A model generated the notes under the pieces. The model was not told the origin of the DNA. It did not search any database and saw only the letters and a program-made list of their open reading frames with translations. 64,000 bases of DNA from a virus. Below, in pieces: positions 26,555-40,100 of the stretch; the first letter of the stretch is position 1, and each line of letters starts with the position of its first letter. The position numbers and the translations under genes were made by a program. The stretch spans positions 1 through 64,000 of the IMG/VR virus record IMGVR_UViG_3300037567_000704; one strand, written 5' to 3'.

Positions 26555-29380
26555 CTATATTTTCAATCCTATCCATGCTATCTCTGTTGCGAAGGTTTTG
26601 TTACCCCCGCCAATCTGTAAATAGGAAATTGTAAGGTTCACATTACCACCGGATATGCTTGCACCATATGTGGCGACTGTGTCGCCATCGTTAATGGTTC
26701 CGTATGTTGTGATAGCAGTATTACCTGTTGAGCCATTTGTGCTATCATGGATAACTAGAACTTTAGTAGCCTCAAATGCGGAATCATCTGTTGCTTTACT
26801 TGATACTAGAACTTCGATGGACCGGAACTGTGCTGGAGTGCAAATACTCACTGTTGTAGTGTTGTTACTTGTCCCTCCTGCGACTGATTTATGTTCATAA
26901 CCAGAACCCCCAACTTGTAAAGAAACTAATGGTGTTGCTTGATTAATCCCGACCTTAGCAGGATTGGTGGTATCAGTGTCTACTACGAAGTCATCTGTGT
27001 TGATTACCACATCTGCAGAACCAGTTATCGTAGTAGCAGAAATACTACCACCAGACTGGTCTCCGCTTAGATTTCCGCTTAGATTGGCCACCATAGTTCC
27101 AACAGCACCACTCATGAGCCCACTGCTATCAGTCGCATCTGGTATGTAGGTCAATGATGGGACACTTGCACTGGTTGATTCATCCAAGACAAGAGCAGCA
27201 ATCTTAGCGGCACTACCAGTATGCCAGTGCATTTTGAGTCCCAAATCCTTAACAGCATCTGCTGAAGGAGCAGCGCCATCACTCAATCCTATTTCGATAA
27301 GAGGCTGGTCCACATTCAGAGTCTCAACAGATATTGAACTGGATGCACCATTGATAGTCAAGTCACCAGTAATAGTCACATCACCAGCAAAAGTGCTTAC
27401 TTGAGAAGAGTCAATTGTCAATGCTGTTGTAAGTGTTGAACCAGTATGCGTGCTTAGAATCAATTTGCCTTTGGTATCACTGGCCGCTCCATGATGACTT
27501 CCTTGGATAGATGCTAGAGAGGCATTTGTATGGTCTTCGAACAGTATGTTGCTCTCAGCACCGCCCTCAGTGTTTTCATCAATACTATTTTTGAGAGTAA
27601 TAGTCGGACCATCAGCGGTTATCTGCAATTGGGTTCCGGGAGTAGTGTCTCCGATGCCTAGTCTAGCCGCACCTCCTAGAATCAAATCGTCTTGGCTCTG
27701 GTCCCAGAGCATGTAGGCACTAGCAGTATCACCGAAGAACTTGACATCATACCCTGTGCCATCAACACCCACAGTGATTGTTCCATCTACGTCTAATATT
27801 GATTGGACATAGAGTGTGTCTACAGAGGCATCCCAATGGATGAACTTGGAAGCAGTATCTCCGAAAGCCTTGAAATCTACTCCGTAGTTATCTGCTCCTA
27901 GAATGAGTGAGCCGTTTGTCTGGTCATCATGGTCCCACTTCATACCTACATTGTTAGCAGTTGCCGAGTGTAGAAGCAAGTCAGCGCCATTACCTGAGGC
28001 TCCTACTTCGAGTGTTACACCATCGAACTTGAGAAGCGCTTCTGCTTCTAATTCTGTAACAGTATTACCTATGGTAACGAGTTCGTTCTCAGTGGCGTTA
28101 TTGACCGCTGTGACTGCTCCCGTAGACGATGCACTTGACGTGAACACCTTCCTCCAAGCAGACGCAGTCTTAACGAATATGGCATTCTCTTGTGCAGGAA
28201 CTGAATGATTCAGTCCAGTGCTATCGAATGCTATAGCATGTCCTCCAGAGTTATTCTCGTTTCTCACCATGACTAGATGCCCTATGGGAAAATCAGTGCT
28301 GCTGTTGTCTGGGTTGAGAAGAGTGCTGCCTTGTTGCGGTTGTAAGACAAATATGTTAGGACCATCGAAAGTGAAGTAATTGGTAGTAGTGGAGAGAGAA
28401 TCATCTACATGCACCTTTTCTGGCCCGAAGCGCATGGTCTTACGGCTCCCTCCCTCTTTATACGACAGAAATAGGACATCATCTCCGATTGCTCCTAATC
28501 TGGTTCCACCTGCAGTTATCTTGTCTGTGGAGTGCGACATCCATATTGCTCCGAAGGGAGAGGCATTCAAATCTCCAGTCTGCCCTGCATGTAAGGATTG
28601 GAGGTCTGTGGCGCTATTGACTGAATTGGCTGATGTGTAACTACCGACTGCCCCTTTGGTGACAGGGGAGAGATACATCGGTGTGGGTCTCAGAAAAATC
28701 CTCTTGTCGTTGATTTCAGTTATGGTAATCTCAAGGTCATTGTCACTATGTGCAGAGCCATTGTGAATCGCTCTTATGGTGGCGATGACCACTGTCTGTT
28801 TGACAGAATTAGCGCTTGGACTCTTGAGATAGACACTTGGAGAGGATGGGTATGTTCCTGCAGCAACTGGTATCACATCGCTTTGTTCCCAATATATGTG
28901 TTCGACATCGCTATCCGTCTCGCTTGACAGATAGACGGTGAAGAGGCATTCCTCATCAGAATCCACTGTAGCGACATTTCCCACCTTGCTCTCATTATCA
29001 GTGGTGGTTCCCGGCTTATTGTCTGTAAGATTTATCGTGAAGGTGTTAGGATTAGCGCCGTTGTAGCCATTAGCAAACGCATAGAGAGCGCCGTCCAATA
29101 CGACATATCCTCCCTTGATTGAAATCTGGTGTGCGCTTGCTCCCTTGGAAACAGCGCCAGATAAATTGTCTGGGTTTAGTCTGTTACCGCCACCTATGGC
29201 TGTGTCATCAAGCAATAGGATTCCGTTATCGTGAACTCCTTCCAGCATATTGGTCAATGAGGCTGACAGTATCTGGTCTCCGTCTTTTAGACCGTCTACT
29301 CCCCTTCCTTGATTAGCACTGTAAGCAGTGTTGTAGTTAGCAGTGGTGTGTCCTGAGAGTATGTTACTTGCATCTGCCAT
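26555..29380 (-). CDS. Baseplate-proximal tail fibre protein (941 aa)
   Basis: First fibre after the hub/collar genes; fibre-like repeats (FGDTAS..WD.S, VTITGDLTING); C-terminal FRSIEV...TTYGTI domain. Confidence 0.7.
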   Translation of the reverse strand: MADASNILSGHTTANYNTAYSANQGRGVDGLKDGDQILSASLTNMLEGVHDNGILLLDDTAIGGGNRLNPDNLSGAVSKGASAHQISIKGGYVVLDGALYAFANGYNGANPNTFTINLTDNKPGTTTDNESKVGNVATVDSDEECLFTVYLSSETDSDVEHIYWEQSDVIPVAAGTYPSSPSVYLKSPSANSVKQTVVIATIRAIHNGSAHSDNDLEITITEINDKRIFLRPTPMYLSPVTKGAVGSYTSANSVNSATDLQSLHAGQTGDLNASPFGAIWMSHSTDKITAGGTRLGAIGDDVLFLSYKEGGSRKTMRFGPEKVHVDDSLSTTTNYFTFDGPNIFVLQPQQGSTLLNPDNSSTDFPIGHLVMVRNENNSGGHAIAFDSTGLNHSVPAQENAIFVKTASAWRKVFTSSASSTGAVTAVNNATENELVTIGNTVTELEAEALLKFDGVTLEVGASGNGADLLLHSATANNVGMKWDHDDQTNGSLILGADNYGVDFKAFGDTASKFIHWDASVDTLYVQSILDVDGTITVGVDGTGYDVKFFGDTASAYMLWDQSQDDLILGGAARLGIGDTTPGTQLQITADGPTITLKNSIDENTEGGAESNILFEDHTNASLASIQGSHHGAASDTKGKLILSTHTGSTLTTALTIDSSQVSTFAGDVTITGDLTINGASSSISVETLNVDQPLIEIGLSDGAAPSADAVKDLGLKMHWHTGSAAKIAALVLDESTSASVPSLTYIPDATDSSGLMSGAVGTMVANLSGNLSGDQSGGSISATTITGSADVVINTDDFVVDTDTTNPAKVGINQATPLVSLQVGGSGYEHKSVAGGTSNNTTTVSICTPAQFRSIEVLVSSKATDDSAFEATKVLVIHDSTNGSTGNTAITTYGTINDGDTVATYGASISGGNVNLTISYLQIGGGNKTFATEIAWIGLKI

Positions 29381-29381
29381 T

Positions 29382-29726
29382 TCATCTCACCTCGATTAGG
29401 ATTTGAATCTTCATCTCATTCCCACTGTTCTTAGTCACTGGCGCTATCACATGTCGAGACATTGGTGTGAAACTGTCGCTTCCCTTGAATTGCACGTATA
29501 CCTCTTTCAACGTCTCTGAGAATGAATGCTCTGTCCCAAGCGTTCCTTCGACCAATAATGTGGAATCATCTATCACAGTCACAGTTGGGGTGATTGTAAT
29601 AGCCGGACGACCAGCAGCACCATCGCTGGATGTTGAAGGAGTCCCATCGAATCCCAACGTCATCTCATTGATGTTAGATGCTATGGTGTCCAACACCAAT
29701 CTTCTCATGTGGTCACTTGCTGGCAT
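29382..29726 (-). CDS. Putative baseplate/tail-collar fibre-attachment protein
   Basis: 114 aa with LKEV...SRH.I.PV.K pattern resembling DUF3751-type collar proteins; position between hub and fibres. Confidence 0.45.
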   Translation of the reverse strand: MPASDHMRRLVLDTIASNINEMTLGFDGTPSTSSDGAAGRPAITITPTVTVIDDSTLLVEGTLGTEHSFSETLKEVYVQFKGSDSFTPMSRHVIAPVTKNSGNEMKIQILIEVR

Positions 29727-31159
29727 CAGTCTTCACCCTTGAAAGTCAATGTATGCAATTTGTTCACTCCTATCACATTGTTGAGGCTTCGCCCGATGGT
29801 TGCACTACCCGCAGCGGGGCCGATGAGGAACTTCGTATTTTCTACTTCTACCGCTCTTACAGAGATGATAGGAATGATGTTTATCTGAATGAAGGAGAAT
29901 AATGAGAGATTTTCCTCTGTGGTTTGGGAAATCTTATCTGGGTTATGAGGTGCTGAAGAGGCAATCATTCCCTCACTTACCCCATGCAACACTCCCTCTA
30001 TACCTTTCTGCACAGTTAAGAAATTGAAGTCTGACATTCTGGTAGTAAGGGTGTGTCTTGATTCGGTGATTAGTCTTTTCACCCCTTTATACAGAGCCAC
30101 TTTACCCGGTCTCATGTCCCAAGTATCTGGATGACCACTGCTCCTCAATGAACCTCTGTGTATAGCGTTGGATTTCAGAATCTGTCTTGCTACTCTCTTA
30201 GCATCTGCTTTGCTCTTCACAGTCGCATCGAAAATATTCGTGACGTTCTCTTGTATATCCAAATCAAATCTTCCTTGTTGTCTCTCGGAATCACTTACAG
30301 TTACGCTTGCTACTTCATTCAAGGATATGGAATTTCCCACAACTGTTATCTTGTTCTCGGTGTTGTCTATCGGATTGGTCTCCTCGTTACCAGTTCTCCC
30401 GAACTCTGAGATTTCTCTACTTGCTTCTGTGAAAACTAACGGTGTGTATAACAGATTAGCGAACCTGTCGAAGTATACGATATTAGAATCGTGTCTCGAT
30501 GTGAACTTCAATGCGGATATCAACGTCACCCCGTAAAAATCCTGAGCGAGGAACTTAGTCGTATGCTTTCTTCTTCCTTCATTGGTATTGCTTGGGCTTC
30601 TCAAACTACCGAGAGACACGGATGTCAGAGTCCCAACCATATCAGTTCCCAATTTCATAGCGAGGTCACTCGTTCTGAAACCCACATCTATAGGGTCACC
30701 TAGATGGACAGCGTCTCCCTTGAGCCCTATGTCATTCAAAGACCTCCCCTTCATGTTTCTGAGATTCATTTTCACTCCATCTGTGGAAGCCTCTATAGAA
30801 CTGAATGTGAGCCTCTTGGTGATATCAGCATCGTTGTAGAGTAGTATTGGCTTCTTAGATGTAGGAGAAAGTGCAGAGTTTTGGTAAAAGGGTGCAATCT
30901 TGCTTGTGTAACCGTGCCCCCTCTTGTGAGTCAATTGAACGAAACCGTCTCCTTCTACCAATTCATAAGCATTTTCACTGAAGACATTGTAAGTGGCGTT
31001 ATTCCTATTTTCTATGGTGACTTTCTGCTTGTTAGAAGTCTGACTTGAAACAAGACCATGATGCACTGCGTTGTCTACAAAAACTGGTTGTCTCGCTTCA
31101 GTCATGATTTCAACTACATCGAAATCAAACTTTCCAGCGCTCGCCATCAATTTAGTCAT
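29726..31159 (-). CDS. Putative baseplate hub (Tal/gp27-like) protein
   Basis: VYFDRFANLLY segment and AKRVARQIL helix typical of hub proteins; position downstream of Dit-like and giant genes. Confidence 0.5.
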   Translation of the reverse strand: MTKLMASAGKFDFDVVEIMTEARQPVFVDNAVHHGLVSSQTSNKQKVTIENRNNATYNVFSENAYELVEGDGFVQLTHKRGHGYTSKIAPFYQNSALSPTSKKPILLYNDADITKRLTFSSIEASTDGVKMNLRNMKGRSLNDIGLKGDAVHLGDPIDVGFRTSDLAMKLGTDMVGTLTSVSLGSLRSPSNTNEGRRKHTTKFLAQDFYGVTLISALKFTSRHDSNIVYFDRFANLLYTPLVFTEASREISEFGRTGNEETNPIDNTENKITVVGNSISLNEVASVTVSDSERQQGRFDLDIQENVTNIFDATVKSKADAKRVARQILKSNAIHRGSLRSSGHPDTWDMRPGKVALYKGVKRLITESRHTLTTRMSDFNFLTVQKGIEGVLHGVSEGMIASSAPHNPDKISQTTEENLSLFSFIQINIIPIISVRAVEVENTKFLIGPAAGSATIGRSLNNVIGVNKLHTLTFKGED

Positions 31160-34100
31160 GCGGCATCACCACTATGGTCGCTAACATTGAACGTCACATC
31201 ACCTTTGTGCCCCTTCGGATGTAACGCTTGACTAAATCTAGGCTTGACAGAAAAGTCCATTCTTTTGATTTCACTCTCGTTTTCTGCTATTTGTCTTCTT
31301 CGAGGTGCATCTGAACGATAGTGTTGTAGTGTGTTTTCACTCATCACCAAACGTGTTACTGGACTCGTAATAGTCGTCTTGTCAAACTTGTCTACTCCCA
31401 CTACTTCTGTTCCCAGAATCTTAGGTCCTTGACTGGTAGGGGTGATGGTGGAAGAACCTGAAGCCATGTAGAAGACTGGGACATATGGAGCATTAGTGTT
31501 TGGAGCCGCCGAACTTGGAAAATTATTGGAGGCGACTCTCGGAGTAGTCACTTCGTAGGTGTATATACCGTATTTTCCTCCTGCAGATGCTCTGAAATAA
31601 TCAGTAGGGGTGTTAGTTCCTTTATTGACTGTGTTGTTGTATTGGGGAGTTCCTGAAATAGTAGCGGGTAGGGTTCTGAACATCTCTACATGATTCTTAT
31701 CTAGTAATCTCACAGGTCTGAGTAGCCATTTGATGCTCTTATCACTCTGATTATTTTTGATTGTTGTTCTATTGAAATCAACATTTTGATATGGGTTAGT
31801 GGTTTTCACTGCTCCCGAAAGCCCGTCATAACCCCAACCTGTATCATCGAAAGGATTCCCATAGTTCCTAGTTTCCAAAATATAGTTACCTCCCAAAGGG
31901 CTCATGTTGCTCGTATGACTGAATCTAAGAGCAGAGCGAGGTTGCACACCGAAGGCCAAACTGGTCAAGTCGAGATGCGCTAGAGTCTGTGACCCTCCTA
32001 GTAAGCACCCATGCAAGATGGTTCTCTGTCCTACATTGCGGTCAGTATGCAGGCTGTGGGCCTCTGTATTGATTGCGATATGGTCCTTCTCCACACTTTC
32101 CACATTATGTCCGTCTATGCCTATTCTTGGACTGTTTCGGCTTACTGCGTCCTTGTGGGGACTTGTCCCGATTATCTCCTCAACCCTATCGCTCACCACA
32201 GCATCTGGTTTCAGTAACCCATGTTCGGAGATTTCGAGCCTCGCACTGATTCCTCTTGGTATTTCATCGGCCTGTAACACATCGTTACGGGGGCGTAACA
32301 GCCCTGTTACGGCTGGTGGCTCTGCCGTGTTACTGCTCAAAACTAACCCTGTAGTGTGTATTGGTTCAGAAAGTTCCGTCAGAATATCTTCATTGAATTG
32401 AATTGGATATCTGACTCCTCTACCGTTGCCCATGTCTCCTATCCTCATGGAATGAGTCGGCGCAAAAACATCCACCATAGTGTTGGTATCAGTGTTATTT
32501 ACAGCGTTTGACCTACCGCATAGCAATGGTGGTTCGTTGTCCAGATTTCCAGAAGAGTCAATGACTGGGGCGCTGATGCCGGTGAGAACCTCGTAGATTG
32601 GTTTACCATAATTCCAGATTCTAGCGTGAGGAGTTCTATTGTTGGCTCTATCGTATTCGTAGACATCACCACAGTCCCATGCTGGTCTGATGCCAAATCC
32701 ACGTACTGGAGCACGCCTTACGTCCTCTCCACGCTCATTGCCCCACCAATCCACCAAATAATACTGCGCGGCCTCAGCGAGGCTGTAAATGCCCTTTCCT
32801 GCGACCTCCCCCCACCAGTCCTTATTCATGTTAGAATTAGAGAGTAGAGTTCTGATAGGCGTTCCGAACGGTCTGGTCATTCTTCTGCCTTCGCTATACT
32901 TCACTTGCCATTCTGGTTTGTCGCAACCTAACATGCCTGCGAAATTAGTCTGTCTCTCCATTACACCGACATAGGTAGTAGTGTAAGAAACGTTAGACTG
33001 CGAGCCAGTATCTCCACCAGCATAAGCCCATGTCATGGCCTCATGTTGAACGAGTGGGCCAGATGCGTAATCAACAGTGAAATTATTATCAGAAGAAGCA
33101 TCGTCCTCCAGTTTTCCTCTACCTGTGAGAATACCCCAAGTCGGTTTGTTACAGGCTTGACGCACAGCGATACGCCACCCATACGGATATTTTCTGTTAT
33201 CACCACTATAACCTGAGCCCATAGCCGTGAAAGTGATTCCAGAAGAGCCCTGAGCATAGTTTTCATCCAACCCGTCTTCATCATTCCAGAAGTAGAAATC
33301 GTTGGAAGCATACTTTCTGGGTATATTCCATGATATGCTTGCTTGTGTGTATAGGTCAAGCCTACTTGTGAGAGGCCCACCACGACTACCACATGGCCAG
33401 AACTTGCTGAACATTATTTTCTGACTATCGAAATTAGTTCCACCCTGTGCTTCGTACCCAGAAAATGCATGAATTTCAGCACCAGTGGATGCAACACCAT
33501 CTTTATCTTCTGGATTAGGACTCTTCATTCGGAAATCAAATGGACCTAAACTCATTGCATATACTGAATCCTGATAATGTATGGTCTCAAAATGTTCAGG
33601 CATGCAATTATACGGTTTCTTATCTACTGCTCTATCAGATGTTAGATTACCCCAAGTACGAGAACTGTCGGAATAGAAAGTATGTGGCCTACCTAGATTG
33701 TAATGCCAGAGACATAAGTATGCATCTGGAATATGTAATGCAGTTGTATCTCTAGTCCCCTTCTCCACTTGTGGAAGAATCATGGTGAAAATGCTATTAT
33801 TCGTATCAGTCATCACTTTCCCTGCTGATAGGTTGTTGTATGGATGTGTCAGTCTGAGCGTTGTTTCGACCGAAGCGGCGAGTAATGCTGTTAGTTTAGT
33901 CCAGAAAGAGCCAGAGACTGTAGTTGATGTAAACTTCTTAGGTTCATTGATAGTTCCTATTTGCAATCCATACCTTCTGGTGTATGGTAGAGTCTGTATG
34001 TTACCATCTGCGTCGGTAAATTCTAACAATTGACCATATTGTGGGGTTTCTGGAAATGCACTTGCATCATCTACTGTGATTTCTCTAGTCCCACTACTTT

Positions 34101-37100
34101 CTGCATGTATAGTTTTGACTATACACTTAGGGTTTATCGAGGTATTCTGCAATACATGTGAGTATATCGCAGGGTATTTCGAAGGATATCCAGCAATTGT
34201 TAATTGCACTCCTATACTTCCGAAGGTACTTCTCTTCATCATGTAGTAGTTATCCAGACGATGGTGTGTTAAATGCTTGAAATTATTAGATGAACCATCA
34301 TCTGGGGCTATTTTGTGAACTATGCTCCACCAAGGAATATTGAGAGTGTAGCCCGGTGTGGAATTACTGAACAGTTTTGGATGATAAGGAAGTGTTCTTC
34401 TGGTGAAAGCAGGTGATTCAGTGCCTTCTACCCCAAACGGGTTGTAGAGTAACAAAGGAGGTATGTTGGTGAACTGTTCACCGTGGTCAGGATTGATATC
34501 CAGCATAACCTCATTGATGAAAATCTCACAACCTCTTACATCTGCTTGAGTTGTTTGAGCCAATAAAAGGGCAACTGCGCCTGTGCCGCTTATTCCAGAA
34601 GTCGCTGGTTTGCGTCCTATGACTGTATTCACCTGTTGTCCTGTTAGAGTATAACTGCCACCATCAACGTGATATCCGATTAATTGGTTGGAAAAAGTAT
34701 TCGGCTGTATGACGATTTGATACGCTCCTACTCTTGCTGGGTCTGGGAAAAAATCGTCCAATGTATAATTTCCAGAGGCTTCCAAAACTACGGTATGGCC
34801 TCCTTGTTGGTTGATTTTTCCAGCAACACCAGTAGATGCTAAAACCCCGTAACCATCGTTTTTCAGTTTACTTTCGAACATCAAAGTGAATGCTCCACCA
34901 TGAATATCGCTTGGACCACTAGGCGCAGCATTCAACGAACCGAATGCAATTTCTGCATCTTGTAGATGAAAATAATTAGATACTCCTGACGCTATATCAC
35001 TTTTTTCTGTGGTCGCTGTCGTATTTTCTTTGAGTAGATTCCTATCTACAGAGCCTCGCAGTGATGCATTTTCTGCAAGATGACTACGATACAGTCCTTG
35101 GTATACAGGGTGAGCCCAATGACCCGGAAGCATGGGCATGGTCGGTGTGACGAAATGATGCCCCATTCTCGGTAGAGGCATTGGTGTAATCACCGCTTTG
35201 TTGTAGATGTTGTAAGCGAGAGTCTCTGTATTGATGGTCCCGTAGGTCCCTGTCGAATACTGGGTTTTTGCCATGTCTGGGGAATTTCCACTCACTTCAG
35301 CGTGGTCTCGTAAACGACGTGCTGCGAAGAAGCGATTGCTTCCTGCGGGGATGTAATAGGAAGGAACCACTTTCAGATTCGTAATAGTTTGAGCAGCCAT
35401 GAAGTCTGTAAAATCAACGTCACCCACAACACCAGTGAATGTTTGTCCACTTATTCCGGTATACGAAGCCACTACACTTTCTTCAGTAGATGAATTGTAG
35501 ATTCTGATAAAACGCCTACCAGTCGTTGTATGAGCCATTTCCTTGCTACCGAAATCAGCAGCAAAAATATCCGTATTAGTGGTCGGCATTAAAACTGCAG
35601 CATTGACTGTCAAAGTTGTCCCACTGAAAATACTCGCAGTTAAAATTCTTGTCTCTACACCATTTTCGTGTGAAAAAACTGTCGGATAACGGTGAGTGTG
35701 ACTGTGCCCCATTTTCGTAACGTGGAAGTAGAGAGTCCTGTCATGCTGTTCGTAACTGGTTCTCAATGGAGCGTTGTCTGTGGTCTCTTTCCAACCAGCA
35801 GTAGTGCTGTCCTTGGTCAATGGGTCTATGTGTTCCCAGTTGTGGTCTTCGTATGTCGGTCCCTTTCTCGGACCAGAGACGCTGTTGTCGAACAAATTAC
35901 CCAGATAATCCTCATTCAAATCAGCATGCATCATTCCTCCTGAACCCATAGTTTCGTTCTGATAACCTTGCAGTCTATCGAATCCTGACCTCACGATGAT
36001 GTTTCCGGGTATGCTGTTCGGGTCTGGTAGTTGTATTTTCAGATTGGGGGCTATACCACTGTTTGCAAGAGACGGGGACATTCCTTTGGCCTCTCTGTCA
36101 GTTACTTTGCTGAAACCTCGAATGATGGTCCCCAGTGGGCTACCGCCCTCGATTATGTGCTCTTGCCCGGAATCATCCTTGACGGTGATTTCCTCGAACT
36201 GCATTTCCTCGTTCGGAATATTCAACACGTTTCCTATCAACAGGGGATTTTTGCTCGCTAACTGAGGATGGGCTATTTCCTGTGCTTGTAGAATTGGTAG
36301 CATAGCACTGTTTGTAGTCTCGAAAGAAAATCTCACATTCCCGAAAATCTTCTCTCCAGTAGTATACGCTACGCCGTTTTTCACCCTCGTCATCCAAGGG
36401 ACAGCGCCAAGCCCTCGTGCGTTAATTGCAGGAAGACTGAGATTTCCGCCATCCATTCTCTTCCATACTATTTGTTCTACCGTGAAGTTTTTCGCAGGCG
36501 CTCTATCATAGAGGGCGTATGCATTCACATCTCCTGCCCAAAAATCATTGACTCTCAAAGTAGAACCGTTATCATATTCTGTCGTATAATCCACATCTTC
36601 ATAGAAATCATCTGCAACATTGCGCGTCACTCCTGAGTCTTCCAAGAAGAAAGAGCCTATGGAGTGGTCAATATCGAAGAGCATATCTCCTGTTTTGTGC
36701 AATCCGGGTATGGCGTTTTCCACTGTGGTGTTGGTGGCGGCAGCCCCATGCAGGAAGTATTCGGCATTGAATGGCGCAGCATCTGCTCCATGCGTAGCGG
36801 AAAACGTGATTGAGGGAACAGTAGGAGTCTTATGCACCAGCGCTTCTACATTAGGCCCAGCATTCGCAGGTGCGATGAAACGGTCTTGACCGTGGAACCT
36901 CTCGTCCCAACGTGTCGTGCCAGCATAATGTATGGGATTTGAAACACTGTTAGCAGCCGCCCCTTTGACTTGTAACCAGTCTCCTAGAGCAGTTATGCCA
37001 TCTCTGTCATATTTTGCTATGAGAGCGCTCTCGCACTCGTAACTCACGACGAGGAATGCTCGACCCAACACCCCTTGTGGATGAGTCATGAAATCCGGTA

Positions 37101-40100
37101 GTGTGGTATCAACGTAAATCGGGGGTTTTGAGTGGAGTGTGTCTGGCCCATCATTATCAGATGTTTTTCTCGCTCTGGTGTAACCTGTATCATGGGCCAA
37201 TGTGAATCCTGTAGTATTGGCGTAAGGGACATTCAGGAATCCCATGAGATTAACGCCAAGATTGTCTATTGGTGGTAGACTCTCAGGACTTCTGGGCATA
37301 GGAGCCACCACTGGTAGATTACCAAATGCAGTCATAGCAGAACTGGCACTGCCATAAGGAGAGAATCCTAACATCGGATGCCAAGCGCCTAGACCCCCAG
37401 CATACCCTTCTGTGCCCACTTTGAGGCTGTTCAAGTAGGAATAGCGCTCTCCGGCCCATCCTGCTGCTCCTATCGGTCTGGTGCGGTCTATGGCATCAAC
37501 GATTCCAGAGAAGTGAGTCTGGCACATATGGTCGCGTGTTGCCGCTACTTCGTTGTTGTAACGATGAACTCCTGCTTTCGACCAGACATGTAACACATCA
37601 CTAGCGCTTATGGCTGGGAAGTCACTGATAGTTCCATCAGTATCATACCAAGTGGTTCTGTCTTCAAACTTCATCTGCCCGCTTATCCTGTTAGGAGCAA
37701 TGTAGAACCTCACTTTGAGAGTAGAGTCGTTATTCACCTCTCTCGCATAGTAAGGAGCAAAGCCGCCAGCAGCAGTCCTCAGCCAGCCGCATGCCGGTAT
37801 CTGTTCCAAACGGTCTCTATTGACTGTATTGTTAGCAGTATAGCCGCTCATTTCCACAGTGATGTGATTGTTGCTTGGCGTTGTATTTGAATTGGTGATA
37901 TTGGTGCATTCGACTTCTACCCAACCATATCGGTCCTGTCGCATGGAATTACCCATAGACGGCATGTGTGTCCCTCCCATCGCTTTGAGCGCCCCTGCTC
38001 CGGGATAGGTGTTGATTGCCATACCCATCACTGTGGCGAGTTCCTCTCCATTCTGGCATCTAGTCGCATCAACGATGATGTATTCCATATCCACATCAGC
38101 GCCTACCAAATCTCCTTCGGCTGCTGCATAACCCAATACCTTCGTGGTTATTGGACCAGCGACTCTGTATGCGCTTGAGTGCAACTGTGTTGCTGCTCCC
38201 CATTTTTGCAGGATTGTATTGCTCTTGGGATGAGGCGGGTTGAATGTGATTTGGTTGTCCATCCAGTGTCCTCCGGGATGGTAGCCTCCATCCATGTGGA
38301 AGACCATATCAGCAGCCATTGCCACACCATGCCCTATCACTGAGCAGTGCCTCATTGGATGGGCCCTGTCTAGTTCGTCGTTTATTCCGGATGTGGCTGT
38401 GTCTGCGTTGAAATGAGTCCCATACATCCTTCCTGACTCTGGTCCTTGTTTGAGTATAGCCACATTGGGCTTTCCTTGTGGTGGCTCCCAGTTGATAGTG
38501 GAACGCCAGTGGAATCTGCCTCTCGCCAATTGATATGTCGAGGACTCAGGCATGTAGAAGCCATCGTAGTTCTGTATGTGATTCGGTAGTTTAACCGTCC
38601 CAGACACTGGGACTTTGGACCAAGTGTTACCTATCGTCACCACTGCTCCGGGATGAGGCTGCTCTGTGTTAGCACCACTCATGTTAGCGCTATCTGCTAT
38701 CTCTTGGGTGAACGGGAATGCCTGTCCGGGACCGAAGACGATGTATGTGGTCTTGTTCTCCACATTGCTCGTGCCACTGCTGTTCTTGTGGTCCTCGTAA
38801 CGCGCTGTGGGATGAGCGAATCTCAGTATGAGTGGGCTTGGTTTCTGAACTCTCACTCTGAGCGATGTCGTGGAGTGATTGTATGGGGAGGTATTACCGC
38901 TGTTGGGATGCCCGGTGTTTATCGTAGTCCCTGTCTTTGAGAGGTCCGGGGATAGGATGCTATCTTTGTTGAAGAACGGCGGTAGTATGCTGCCACGATG
39001 CTGATTGCAGAATGCAGCGCCGGGGAAGAAAGCGAACATCGCATTGCAGTCCAACAAAGCGAAACTGGTGGATATCTCGTTGGCATTCTGTATTCCTGAG
39101 GTCCCTGTGGGTCCGTTCGCATAAGGATGGGTATAGAATGTGGAGTAGTCATTCATAGTCCCGTCGTTTATATCGAGGGTCACACCGCTGAATCCACCAC
39201 CGAAGAATAGTGGAACGCTGTGGTCCACACTGCCCTTCCCTCCTTTGAAATGAACTATGGGTTCTGAGAAAACACTACCGAGAGAACGAAGCCCGTCGAA
39301 CTCCATTGTTCTCTTGATGTCTCCGAAATGTGAGAATGCAAGTGTGTCGTCTATATCAGCAGTAGGCCAATCCTCGGACCTGCCTTCCTCATACCATACC
39401 AATGTAGTCTTGTTAGTCACAAAAGAAGCAGTGCCGGGATTCAAACCCTCGACTACGATGAATTGCTTATCAGCCATGTAGATTGTCTTCTTCTCACCGA
39501 AGGATGGAACTCTGTCTGTGTTTCCCTCCTCCCCTGCCGGTATCAGGAAGTTCCACATCTCATGAGCCAAAGGGAACTGTTTGGTCGTTCCATCCCAATT
39601 ATCACTATTTCCAGCAGAGTTGTCGTAAACAACAATCGGGTTGTTTATCATCGGTAGGATGTGGTCACCACTGTGTCTGGTGAAACTCTCTCCTTTGAGG
39701 TTCCTTCTCCATTCATTGGTGTCCACCGGGTTGTTGAAGGAGTCCACGAGTAGTGGTGTTGCTGTATTGGTGTTCGGTCCTCTGCCTCTTGTTATGATTT
39801 GTAAGACTGTGTCGGGTATGTAACCACAAGCCATTCTCTTCTGATTTTTGATATCGGTATTTGAAAGGGCTCTAGATGTCCCGAAAGCCCAACCAGAACC
39901 AGTATTATCAGTCTTCTCAACCTCTCCTAACTCTATGTGTGCTGCTTGTATTCCCATGTCCCGATGAAACGAGGCATAGAAGAAGTCAGAAAGGGGTTTG
40001 ACTGGTTTCGTTGTGTCATAACTTCTGATTATAATTGCGTCTGCAGCAACTCCCCATTCTCCAAACGTCCTACCATCTGTCGCATACATCTCTCTGCAAT

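Noticed and set aside
25525-26634. 369-aa + strand ORF and other long antisense ORFs over fibre, giant, Dit and capsid genes (e.g. 22507-23181, 48254-48865)
   Set aside because: Shadow frames of Gly/Thr/Ala-rich genes; Val/Pro/Ser-rich, no SD, no motifs.
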